A DNA stretch of 64,000 bases from Balanoglossus misakiensis. Lineage: Eukaryota; Animalia; Hemichordata. Below are positions 15,001 through 27,500 of the stretch, piece by piece; the stretch's first letter is position 1, and each line of letters begins with the position of its first letter. Location: positions 6,773,097-6,837,096 of the forward strand of contig CM082598.2 of the NCBI GenBank assembly GCA_040954595.2, given 5' to 3'. Both the position numbers and the translations under genes were made by a program. The notes under the pieces are model-generated. The model worked only from the letters and a program-made list of their open reading frames with translations, searched no databases and was not told the DNA's origin.

Positions 15001-18000
15001 CTGAAAATTCCTGGGTTAATACATGTCCAAAAGCACTGTAATTTGACATTGCTAATGCAATGTTGACATGGAATGTGATTCTTTGCATCAGGGTAAATGG
15101 CGATGCAGGCTTGATGGTGCATAATGGTAGAGAGTGATGAAAATACTTCGCTTTGACATAGGTATAACATGCATATGGGGATTTCAAGTTGATTATAAAT
15201 CCCTCAGTTAATATGTGTCGAAAAGCACTGTAATTTAAAATTGCTAATGCAAGGGTGACATTGTATCTGATTCTTTGCATTAGGGCAAATGGCGAAGCAA
15301 GCTTAATGATGCATCAGAGTAGAATGTGATGCAAGGTCTGCACTTTGACATAGGTATTTAATGCATATGCATGGGTATTTGAAGTTGTCTGTAAATCTCC
15401 AGGTTAATACGTAGCCAAAAGCACTCTAATTTGACATTGCTAATGCAATGGTGACACTAAATCTGATTCTTTGTATCAGGGTAAATGGCGAAGCAAGCTT
15501 GATGATCATCACGGTAGAGAGTGATGCAAACACTTCGCTTTGACATAGGTATAACATGCATATGAGGATTTCAAGTTAATTGTAAATCCCTGGGTTAATA
15601 CGCGGCCAAACGCACTGTAATTTGACATTGCTTATGCAATAGTGACACTAAAACTGATTCTTTGCATCAGGGCAAATTGTGAAGCATGCTTGATGATGCG
15701 TCAGAGTCAATTCCTGGGTTAATACGTGTCAAAAAGCACTGTAATTTGACATTGCTAATGCAACGGTGACATTGTATCTGATTCTTTGCATCAGGGTAAA
15801 TGGCGATGCAAGCTTGATGATGAATCACGGTAGATAGTGATGCAAACACTTCGCTTTGACATGGGTATTTAATGCATATGGGGATTTCAAGTTAATTGTA
15901 AATCCCTGGGTTAATACGCGGCCAAACGCACTGTAATTTGACATTGCTTATGCAATGGTGACATTGAATGTAATTCTTTGCATTAGGGCAAATAGCGAAG
16001 CAAGCTTAATGATGGAACAGAGTAGATGGTGATGCAAGCTCTGCACTTTGACATAGGTATTTAATGTATTTGCATAAGTATTTAATGTTGACTGAAAATT
16101 CCTTGGTTAATATGTGTCCAAAAGCACTGTAATTTGACATTGCTAATGCAATGGTGACATTGAATGTGATTCTTTGCATCAGGGTAAATGGCAATGCAGG
16201 CTTGATGATGCATAATGGTAGAGAGTGATGAAAACACTTGGCTTTGACATGGGTATAACATGCATATGGGGATTTCAAGTTGATTATAAATCCCTCAGTT
16301 AATACGTGTCGAAAAGCACTGTAATTTAAAATTGCTAATGCGATGGTGACATTGAATCTGATTCTTTGCATCAGGGCAAATAGTGAAGCATGCTTGATGA
16401 TGCAAACACTGCATTTTGACATAGGTACTTAATGCATATGCATGGGTATTTCAAGTTGATTATAAATCCCTGGGTTAATACGTGTCCAAAAGCACTGTAA
16501 TTTGACATTGCTTATGCAATAGTGACACTAAAACTGATTCTTTGCATCAGGGCAAATTGTGAAGCATGCTTGATGATGCAAACACTGCATTTTGACATGG
16601 GTATTTAATGCATACGCATCGATATTTAAAGTGGACTCTAAATCCCCAGGTTAATGCATGATCAAAAGCACTGTAATTTAAAATTGCTAATGCAAGGGTG
16701 ACATTAAATCTGATTATTTGCATTAGGGCAAATGGCGAAGCAAGCTTAGTGATGCATCAGAGTAGAATGTGATGCAAGGTCTGCACTTTGACATAGGTAT
16801 ATAATGCATATGCCTGGATATTTAAAGTTGTCTGTAAATCCCCAGGTTAATACGTGTCCAAAAGCACTGTAATTTGACATTGCTAATGCAATGGTGACAT
16901 TGAATGTAATTCTTTGCATTAGGGCAAATGGCGAAGCAAGCTTAATGATGGATCAGAGTAGATGGTGATGCAAGCTCTGCACTTTGACATAGGTATTTAA
17001 TGTATATGCATGGGAATTTCATGTTGACTGAAAATTCCTGGGTTAATACATGTCCAAAAGCACTGTAATTTGACATTGCTAATGCAACGGTGACATTGAA
17101 TCTGATTCTTTGCATCAGGGTAAATTCCAAGCAAGCTTAATGATAGATCAGAGTAGATGGTGATGCAAGCTCTGCACTTTGACATAGGTATTTAATGTAT
17201 TTGCATGGGTATTTAATGTTGACTGAAAATTCCTGGGTTAATACATGTCCAAAAGCACTATAATTTGACATTGCTAATGCAATGTTGACATGGAATGTGA
17301 TTCTTTGCATCAGGGTAAATGGCGATGCAGGCTTGATGGTGCATAATGGTAGAGAGTGATGCAAACACTTCGCTTTGACATAGGTATAACATGCATATGG
17401 GGATTTCAAGTTGATTATAAATCTCTCAGTTAATACGTGTTGAAAAGCACTGTAATTTAAAATTGCTAATGCAAGGGTGACATTGAATGTGATTCTTTGC
17501 ATTAGGGCAAATGGCGAAGCAAGCTTAATGATGCATCAGAGTAGAATGTGACGCAAGGTCTGCACTTTGACATAGGTATTTAATGCATATGCATGGGTAT
17601 TTGAAGTTGTCTGTAAATCTCCAGGTTAATACGTAGCCAAAAGCACTGTAATTTGACATTGCTTATGCAATAGTGACACTAAAACTGATTCTTTGCATCA
17701 GGGCAAATTGTGAAGCATGCTTGATGATGCGTCAGAGTCAATTCCTGGGTTAATACGTGTCAAAAAGCACTGTAATTTGACATTGCTAATGCAACGGTGA
17801 CACTGAATCTGATTCTTTGCATCTGGGTAAATGGCGATGCAAGCTTGATGATGAATCACGGTAGATAGTGATGCAAACACTTCGCTTTGACATGGGTATT
17901 TAATGCATATGGGGATTTCAAGTTAATTGTAAATCCCTGGGTTAATACGTGGCCAAACGCACTGTAATTTGACATTGCTAATGCAACGGTGACATTGAAT

Positions 18001-21000
18001 GTAATTCTTTGCATTAGGGCAAATGGCGGAGCAAGCTTAATGATGGATCAGAGTAGATGGTGATGCAAGCTCTGCACTTTGACATAGGTATTTAATGTTG
18101 ACTGAAAATTCCTGGGTTAATACATGTCCAAAAGCACTGTAATTTGACATTGCTAATGCAATGGTGACATTGAATGTGATTCTTTGCATCAGGGTAAATG
18201 GCAATGCAGGCTTGATGATGCATAATGGTAGAGAGTGATGAAAACACTTGGCTTTGACATGGGTATAACATGCATATGGGGATTTCAAGTTGATTATAAA
18301 TCCCTCAGTTAATACGTGTCGAAAAGCACTGTAATTTAAAATTGCTAATGCGATGGTGACATTGAATCTGATTCTTTGCATCAGGGCAAATAGTGAAGCA
18401 TGCTTGATGATGCAAACACTGCATTTTGACATAGGTACTTAATGCATATGCATGGGTATTTCAAGTTGATTATAAATCCCTGGGTTAATACGTGTCCAAA
18501 AGCACTGTAATTTGACATTGCTTATGCAATAGTGACACTAAAACTGATTCTTTGCATCAGGGCAAATTGTGAAGCATGCTTGATGATGCAAACACTGCAT
18601 TTTGACATGGGTATTTAATGCATACGCATCGATATTTAAAGTGGACTCTAAATCCCCAGGTTAATGCATGATCAAAAGCACTGTAATTTAAAATTGCTAA
18701 TGCAAGGGTGACATTAAATCTGATTATTTGCATTAGGGCAAATGGCGAAGCAAGCTTAGTGATGCATCAGAGTAGAATGTGATGCAAGGTCTGCACTTTG
18801 ACATAGGTATATAATGCATATGCCTGGATATTTAAAGTTGTCTGTAAATCCCCAGGTTAATACGTGTCCAAAAGCACTGTAATTTGACATTGCTAATGCA
18901 ATGGTGACATTGAATGTAATTCTTTGCATTAGGGCAAATGGCGAAGCAAGCTTAATGATGGATCAGAGTAGATGGTGATGCAAGCTCTGCACTTTGACAT
19001 AGGTATTTAATGTATATGCATGGGAATTTCATGTTGACTGAAAATTCCTGGGTTAATACATGTCCAAAAGCACTGTAATTTGACATTGCTAATGCAACGT
19101 TGACATTGAATCTGATTCTTTGCATCAGGGTAAATTCCAAGCAAGCTTAATGATAGATCAGAGTAGATGGTGATGCAAGCTCTGCACTTTGACATAGGTA
19201 TTTAATGTATTTGCATGGGTATTTAATGTTGACTGAAAATTCCTGGGTTAATACATGTCCAAAAGCACTATAATTTGACATTGCTAATGCAATGTTGACA
19301 TGGAATGTGATTCTTTGCATCAGGGTAAATGGCGATGCAGGCTTGATGGTGCATAATGGTAGAGAGTGATGCAAACACTTCGCTTTGACATAGGTATAAC
19401 ATGCATATGGGGATTTCAAGTTGATTATAAATCTCTCAGTTAATACGTGTTGAAAAGCACTGTAATTTAAAATTGCTAATGCAAGGGTGACATTGAATGT
19501 GATTCTTTGCATTAGGGCAAATGGCGAAGCAAGCTTAATGATGCATCAGAGTAGAATGTGACGCAAGGTCTGCACTTTGACATAGGTATTTAATGCATAT
19601 GCATGGGTATTTGAAGTTGTCTGTAAATCTCCAGGTTAATACGTAGCCAAAAGCACTGTAATTTGACATTGCTTATGCAATAGTGACACTAAAACTGATT
19701 CTTTGCATCAGGGCAAATTGTGAAGCATGCTTGATGATGCGTCAGAGTCAATTCCTGGGTTAATACGTGTCAAAAAGCACTGTAATTTGACATTGCTAAT
19801 GCAACGGTGACACTGAATCTGATTCTTTGCATCTGGGTAAATGGCGATGCAAGCTTGATGATGAATCACGGTAGATAGTGATGCAAGCACTTCGCTTTGA
19901 CATGGGTATTTAATGCATATGGGGATTTCAAGTTAATTGTAAATCCCTGGGTTAATACGTGGCCAAACGCACTGTAATTTGACATTGCTAATGCAACGGT
20001 GACATTGAATGTAATTCTTTGCATTAGGGCAAATGGCGGAGCAAGCTTAATGATGGATCAGAGTAGATGGTGATGCAAGCTCTGCACTTTGACATAGGTA
20101 TTTAATGTTGACTGAAAATTCCTGGGTTAATACATGTCCAAAAGCACTGTAATTTGACATTGCTAATGCAATGTTGACATGGAATGTGATTCTTTGCATC
20201 AGGGTAAATGGCGATGCAGGCTTGATGGTGCATAATGGTAGAGAGTGATGAAAATACTTCGCTTTGACATAGGTATAACATGCATATGGGGATTTCAAGT
20301 TGATTATAAATCCCTCAGTTAATATGTGTCGAAAAGCACTGTAATTTAAAATTGCTAATGCAAGGGTGACATTGTATCTGATTCTTTGCATTAGGGCAAA
20401 TGGCGAAGCATGCTTGATGATGCAAACACTGCATTTTGACATAGGTACTTAATGCATATGCATGGGTATTTCAAGTTGATTATAAATCCCTGGGTTAATA
20501 CGTGTCCAAAAGCACTGTAATTTGACATTGCTTATGCAATAGTGACACTAAAACTGATTCTTTGCATCAGGGCAAATTGTGAAGCATGCTTGATGATGCA
20601 AACACTGCATTTTGACATGGGTATTTAATGCATACGCATCGATATTTAAAGTGGACTCTAAATCCCCAGGTTAATGCATGATCAAAAGCACTGTAATTTA
20701 AAATTGCTAATGCAAGGGTGACATTAAATCTGATTATTTGCATTAGGGCAAATGGCGAAGCAAGCTTAGTGATGCATCAGAGTAGAATGTGATGCAAGGT
20801 CTGCACTTTGACATAGGTATATAATGCATATGCCTGGATATTTAAAGTTGTCTGTAAATCCCCAGGTTAATACGTAGCCAAAAGCACTGTAATTTGACAT
20901 TGCTAATGCAATGGTGACACTAAATCTGATTCTTTGTATCAGGGTAAATGGCGAAGCAAGCTTGATGATCATCACGGTAGCGAGTGATGCGAACACTTCG

Positions 21001-22750
21001 CTTTGACATAGGTATAACATGCATATGGGGATTTCAAGTTGATTATAAATCCCTGGGTTAATACGTGTCCAAAAGCACTGTAATTTGACATTGCTTATGC
21101 AATAGTGACACTAAAACTGATTTTTTGCATCAGGGCAAATTGTGAAGCATGCTTGATGATGCGTCAGAGTCAATTCCTGGGTTAATACGTGTCAAAAAGC
21201 ACTGTAATTTGACATTGCTAATGCAACGGTGACATTGAATCTGATTCTTTGCATCAGGGTAAATGGCGATGCAAGCTTGATGATGAATCACGGTAGATAG
21301 TGATGCAAACACTTCGCTTTGACATGGGTATTTAATGCATATGGGGATTTCAAGTTAATTGTAAATCCCTGGGTTAATACGTGGCCAAACGCACTGTAAT
21401 TTGACATTGCTAATGCAATGGTGACATTGAATGTAATTCTTTGCATTAGGGCAAATAGCGAAGCAAGCTTAATGATGGATCAGAGTAGATGGTGATGCAA
21501 GCTCTGCACTTTGACATAGGTATTTAATGTATTTGCATGGGTATTTAATGTTGACTGAAAATTCCTGGGTTAATACGTGTCCAAAAGCACTGTAATTTGA
21601 CATTGCTAATGCAATGCTGACATTGAATGTGATTCTTTGCATCAGGGTAAATGGCAATGCAGGCTTGATGATGCATAATGGTAGAGAGTGATGAAAACAC
21701 TTCGCTTTGACATGGGTATAAAATGCATATGGGGATTTCAAGTTGATTATAAATCCCTCAGTTAATACGTGTCGAAAAGCACTGTAATTTAAAATTGCTA
21801 ATGCGATGGTGACATTGAATCTGATTCTTTGCATCAGGGCAAATAGTGAAGCATGCTTGATGATGCAAACACTGCATTTTGACATAGGTATTTAATGCAT
21901 ATGCATGGGTATTTGAAGTTGTCTGTAAATCTCCAGGTTAATACATAGCCAAAACCACTGTAATTTGACATTGCTAATGCAATGGTGACACTAAATCTGA
22001 TTCTTTGTATCAGGGTAAATGGCGAAGCAAGCTTGATGATCATCACGGTTGAGATAGATGCAAGTACCTCGCTTTGACATTATACGGTATAACATGCATA
22101 TGGGGATTTCATGTTGATTATAAATCCCTGAGTTAGTACGTGTCCAAAAGCACTGTAATGTGATATTGCTTATGCAATAGTGACACTAAAACTGATTCTT
22201 TGCATCAGGGCAAATTGTGAAGCATGCTTGATGATGCAAACACTGCATTTTGACATGGGTATTTATTGCATACGCATTGATATTTAAAGTTGACTCTAAA
22301 TCCCCATGTTAATACATGGCCAAAAGCACTGTAATTTGACATTGCTAATGCAACGTGACATTGAATGTGATTCTTTGCATCAGGGTAAATGGCGAAACAA
22401 GCTTGATGATGGATCACGGTAGATAGTGATGCAAACACGTCACTTTGACATAGGTATAAAATGCATATGGCGATTTCAAGTTGATTATAAATCCACAGGT
22501 TAATATATCGCCAAAAGCACTGTAATTTGACATTGCTAATGGAACGGTGACATTGAATCTGATTCTTTGCATTAGGACAAATGGCGGAGCAAGCTTGATG
22601 GTGATCATGGTAGATAGTGATGCAAACACTTCGCTTTGACATAGGTATAAAATGCATATGGGGATTTCAAGTTGATTATAAATCCCTGGGTTAATACGTG
22701 TCCAAAAGCACTGTAATTTGACATTGCTAATGCAATAGTGACACTAAAAC
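1..22750. repeat. Satellite A: AT-rich ~192-bp tandem satellite, roughly 125 monomers of several types (124, 176, 191, 192, 196 bp); continues off the left edge
   Basis: Monomer starts (ATYAGGGYAAAT) at 1004, 1195, 1319, 1511, 1707, 1899 and 2075 give lengths 191/124/192/196/192/176. The block AAAAGCACTGTAATTTGACATTGCTAATGCAA recurs in nearly every unit. The array ends abruptly at ...ACACTAAAAC (22750). Confidence 0.97.
1004..2074. repeat. Representative 1071-bp hexameric higher-order repeat (HOR) unit of satellite A
   Basis: The six monomer lengths sum to 1071. Equivalent repeat-derived ORFs recur at +1071 (4975/6046, 5340/6411, 4636/5707/6778). Confidence 0.92.
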
Positions 22751-23170
22751 ACGAATTTCTGAAATCCCTCTAGCAGACAGATCACCCGAAATACCAGAGA
22801 AAATAACAAATTAAGTCTTATCATCGTTTAAGCACAAGAAGTTTTCAGACATCCAAAACCTAACATCGGATATACAAAGTTCAAGATTTGAAACAGTTCT
22901 TGCTGCGTTGTCTTTACTAAAAGACATATAAAGTGAAGAGTCATCTGCATAAAAACTATAAAGACAACCATGACTTTGAACTAATTCACCTAATGGAGAC
23001 GAGTACATATTGAAAAGTATGGGACCAAGAACTGATCCCTGTGGTACCCCAGTGTCGAGCGGATAGAAAGGTGATTGGGTGGAATTTACAAGTACACACT
23101 GACTACGATTGGAAAGGTATGACTTAAACCACATGAGAACAGTATCTGAGAGACCAAAGCGGTCTCTTAA
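22751..23170 (-). pseudogene. Non-LTR retrotransposon (CR1/L2-group LINE) ORF2 reverse-transcriptase fragment, downstream part
   Basis: Translates as ...[25 protein letters not shown]...GVPQGSVLGPILF...YADD...WMSENFLCLNDDKT*FVIF. It has the canonical PQG and YADD RT motifs, a premature TAA where KTE is expected, and is truncated at the satellite A junction. Confidence 0.95.
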
Positions 23171-23964
23171 GATGGGTCCCTGGGATCTTTTTGCCCGTTG
23201 CTATGGGCCTTTATAGGACATTACACCCCGATTTGGACTAAGCCGTTTTCAGAGTCTAACAAGGGGCTGGTAACTAGTTGAAAATCTGCACGATTGTGAG
23301 CGCGCGCCCCCTGACGCCATTGATATGCAAATTAGTTAGGTCAAATTTCAAAAGCCTAAGGCTTTTTATTCCGTGACCTCAAAAACGAACTTGATATGTA
23401 TTCATTAGTTGCTTGAACCAGGGAAGATCGTGACGGATTTTGTTTTCGAATATTATCGTTGTATCCTACGATTTCAGCATACCCGTACCACACCTGAAAA
23501 AGTCATCGATTTTGGGTGTTTTGGACGCACTCTTCCACTGGTATCGCTTCTCAGCACGACGAAAACCGAAAAAACGATCCGTCACACTATGCGGAAGTGC
23601 GTTCTCAACAAGCAGGTCAAATTTGGCTGGCCTACGTCGCCTATGAAAAAAGCCTTAGGGATTTTCGTGAACGGTACAAAATCTCTGTGTACAAAACATT
23701 GGATTTTTAGCGTTCGATCCAGTTACTGTGGTTACAGGACGCGCACGCTATCGCTGACCGCTGCTTTGCCGTATTAGCGTGGCGGCCTATGGCCGGGCGG
23801 TAGCTGCCGTAAACATACTCGGACAGGGGGTGTGCACACAGTCGTGCGTATTTTTAACTAGTTACAAGCCCCTTGTCGGACGTTCATAACGGTTTCGATC
23901 AAAATTGAGTGTAGTGTCCTATAAAGGCCCATAGCAACGAGCAAAAAGATCCCAGGGACCCATC
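23171..23964. mobile_element. 794-bp non-autonomous DNA transposon (MITE) with TTAA target-site duplication, Kolobok-like
   Basis: TTAA at 23167-23170 and 23965-23968. The ~56-bp TIR (GATGGGTCCCTGGGATCTTTTTGC...) has 2 mismatches and extends imperfectly to ~145 bp. Removing the element restores the LINE frame. The 5'-GA...TC-3' termini fit Kolobok (RR) better than piggyBac (usually CC); the superfamily call is tentative. Confidence 0.9.
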
Positions 23965-24065
23965 TTAAGCGATTGAGTAAAATGGAATGGTTCACAGTGT
24001 CAAATGCTGCGGAAAGATCGAGTAATACCAAGAAAACATCTCTTTTTTCAAGGAATGTCATTCTA
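23965..24065 (-). pseudogene. CR1/L2-group LINE reverse-transcriptase fragment, upstream part
   Basis: Translates as [29 protein letters not shown], containing the [11 protein letters not shown] RT motif. It joins in frame to the 22751-23170 part across the TTAA. Confidence 0.93.
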
Positions 24066-24532
24066 CGAAATACTGTTACACAACATTTCTATTTAGCGTG
24101 GGAAATAGTCTCAGGAACAGAATTCTCATAGTTGACAAACTGTGTTATGTATAAGATATCCAAATTGCCTAATTGGCAATTGTTAGCAACCAGTTGTCTT
24201 CAATATGGTTTGGGGCACCAACCTCAACATGCTTTAGTCTCACTACATTTAGGTACCCAGGTATGCCAGATGGTTTCAGTGATCTATCCCTGTATATCGA
24301 TCAACTGTTAACAGAGAGTGTTGGTCAATGATAGGAAAGTCCTTTGTTCATTTTCAAAATGAAACAAAAATGTGAACATAACACAATGAGTTATGTATGG
24401 GATATTGATGTTGCCTAATTTGCATGTCTCCACATTTACTTAAACTCTCACAGGAAGACAAATGTCACAGCAGACGGTAAAATGCTTATGCTACACACAA
24501 CACTTTTATTGAGCATGGGAAAGTTCATGAGA
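24066..24532. other. Low-copy spacer with diverged internal duplications related to the satellite B boundary
   Basis: 24078-24149 (ACACAACATTTCTATTTAGCGTGGGAAA...GAATTCTCATAGTTGACAAACTGTGTTATG) resembles 24495-24565. 24144-24178 resembles 24390-24424 (GTTATGTAT..GATAT....TTGCCTAATT.GCA). Confidence 0.7.
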
Positions 24533-27500
24533 ACTGTGTTCTCGGAGCTCACAAACTGTGTTATGGGAATTCTCGGGGCTCACAAACTGTTTTAAGGGAA
24601 TTCTCGGGTCTCACAATCTGTGTCATGGGAATTCTCGGGGCTCACAAACTGTGTTATGGGAATTCTTGGGGCTCACAAACTGTGTCATGGGAATTCTCGG
24701 GGCTCGCAAACTGTGTTATGGGAATTCTTGGGGCTCACAAACTGTGTTATGGGAATTCTCGGGGCTCACAAACTGTGTGATGGGAATTCTCGGGGCTCAC
24801 AAACTGTGTTATGGTAATTCTTGGGGCTCACAAACTGTGATATGGGAATTCTCGGGGCTCGCAAACCGTGTTATAGGAATTCTCGGGGCTGACAAACTGT
24901 GTTATAGGAATTCTCGGGGCTCACAAACTGTGTTATGGGAATTCTCGGGGCTCACAAACTGTGTTATAGGAATTCTCGGGGCTCGCAAACTGTGTTATAG
25001 GAATTCTTGGGGCTCACAAACTGTGTTATGGGAATTCTCGGGGCTCGCAAACTGTGTTATGGGAATTCTTGGGGCTCACAAACTGTGTTATAGGAATTCT
25101 TGGGGGTCACAGACTGTGTTATGGGAATTCTCGGGGCTCACAAACTGTGTTATGGGAATTCTCGGGGCTCACAATCTGTGTTATGGGAATTCTCGGGGCT
25201 CACAATCTGTGTTATGGGAATTCTCGGGGCTCACAAACTGTGTTATGGGAATTCTCGGGGCTCACAAGCTGTGTTATGGGAATTCTCGGGGCTCACAATC
25301 TGTGTCATGGGAATTCTCGGGACTCGCAAACTGTGTTATGGGAATTCTCGGGGCTCGCAAACTGTGTTATGGGAATTCTTGGGGCTCACAAACTGTGTTA
25401 TAGGAATTCTTGGGGGTCACAGACTGTGTTATGGGAATTCTCGGGGCTCACAAACTGTGTCATGGGAATTCTCGGGGCTCACAAACTGTGTTATGGGAAT
25501 TCTCGGGGCTCACAATCTGTGTTATGGGAATTCTCGGGGCTCACAATCTGTGTTATGGGAATTCTCGGGGCTCACAAACTGTGTTATGGGAATTCTCGGG
25601 GCTCACAAGCTGTGTTATGGGAATTCTCGGGGCTCACAATCTGTGTCATGGGAATTCTCGGGACTCGCAAACTGTGTTATGGGAATTCTCGGGGCTCGCA
25701 AACTGTGTTATGGGAATTCTTGGGGCTCACAAACTGTGTTATGGGAATTCTCGGGGCTCACAAACTGTGTTATGGGAATTCTCGGGGCTCACAATCTGTG
25801 TCATGGGAATTCTCGGGGCTCACAAACTGTGTTATGGGAATTCTCGGGGCTCACAAACTGTGTGATGGGAATTCTTGGGGCTCACAAACTGTGTTATGGG
25901 AATTGTCGGGGCTCACAAACTGTGTTATGGGAATTCTCGGGGCTCACAAACTGTGTTATGGGAATTCTCGGGGCTCACAAACTGTGTCATGGGAATTCTC
26001 GGGTCTCGCTAACTGTGTCATGGGAATTCTCGGGTCTCGCTAACTGTGTCATGGGAATTCTCGGGTCTCGCTAACTGTGTTATGGGAATTCTCGGGGCTC
26101 GCTAACTGTGTTATGGGAATTCTTGGGGCTCACAAACTGTGTTATGGGAATTCTCGGGGCTCGTTAACTGTGTCATGGGAATTCTCGGGGCTCACAAACT
26201 GTGTGATGGGAATTCTCGGGGCTCACAAACTGTGTTATGGGAATTCTCGGGGCTCACAAACTGTGTTATAGGAATTCTCGGGGCTCACAAACTGTGTTCT
26301 CGGGGCTCACAAACTGTGTTATGGGAATTCTCGGGGCTCACAAACTGTGTTATGGGAATTCTCGGGGCTCACAAACTGTGTTATGGGAATTCTCGGGGCT
26401 CACAATCTGTGTTATGGGAATTCTCGGGGCTCACAATCTGTGTTATGGGAATTCTCGGGGCTCACAAACTGTGTTATGGGAATTCTCGGGGCTCGCTAAC
26501 TGTGTTATGGGAATTCTTGGGGCTCACAAACTGTGTTATGGGAATTCTCGGGGCTCACAAACTGTGTTATGGGAATTCTCGGGGCTCACAAACTGTGTTA
26601 TGGGAATTCTCGGGGCTCACAAACTGTGTTATGGTAATTCTTGGGGCTCACAAACTGTGATATGGGAATTCTCGGGGCTCGCAAACCGTGTTATAGGAAT
26701 TCTCGGGGCTCACAAACTGTGTTATAGGAATTCTCGGGGCTCACAAACTGTGTTATGGGAATTCTCGGGGCTCACAAACTGTGATAAGGGAATTCTCGGG
26801 GCTCACAAACCGTGTTATAGGAATTCTCGGGGCTCACAAACTGTGTTATAGGAATTCTCGGGGCTCACAAACTGTGTTATGGGAATTCTCGGGGCTCACA
26901 AACTGTGTTATAGGAATTCTTGGGGCTCACAAACTGTGTTATGGGAATTCTCGGGGCTCACAAACTGTGTGATGGGAATTCTCGGGGCTCACAAACTATG
27001 TTATGGTAATTCTTGGGGCTCACAAACTGTGATATGGGAATTCTCGGGGCTCGCAAACCGTGTTATAGGAATTCTCGGGGCTCACAAACTGTGTTATAGG
27101 AATTCTCGGAGCTCACAAACTGTGTTATGGGAATTCTCGGGGCTCACAAACTGTGTTATAGGAATTCTCGGGGCTCGCAAACTGTGTTATAGGAATTCTT
27201 GGGGCTCACAAACTGTGTTATGGGAATTCTCGGGGCTCGCAAACTGTGTTATGGGAATTCTTGGGGCTCACAAACTGTGTTATAGGAATTCTTGGGGGTC
27301 ACAGATTGTGTTATGGGAATTCTTGGGGCTCACAAACTGTGTTATGGGAATTCTCGGGGCTCACAAACTGTGTTATGGGAAATCTCGGGGCTCACAATCT
27401 GTGTTATGGGAATTCTCGGGGCTCACAATCTGTGTTATGGGAATTCTCGGGGCTCACAAACTGTGTTATGGGAATTCTCGGGGCTCACAAGCTGTGTTAT

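Noticed and set aside
464-22657. Recurrent 60-150 aa minus-strand ORFs in satellite A
   Set aside because: They are translations of satellite monomers whose lengths are not consistently multiples of three, with no recognisable domain.
23409-23777. 122-aa ORF inside the TTAA MITE as a possible transposase remnant
   Set aside because: It has a non-ATG start, no DDE, THAP or zinc-finger motif that I can recognise, and overlapping ORFs of similar size in the other frames.
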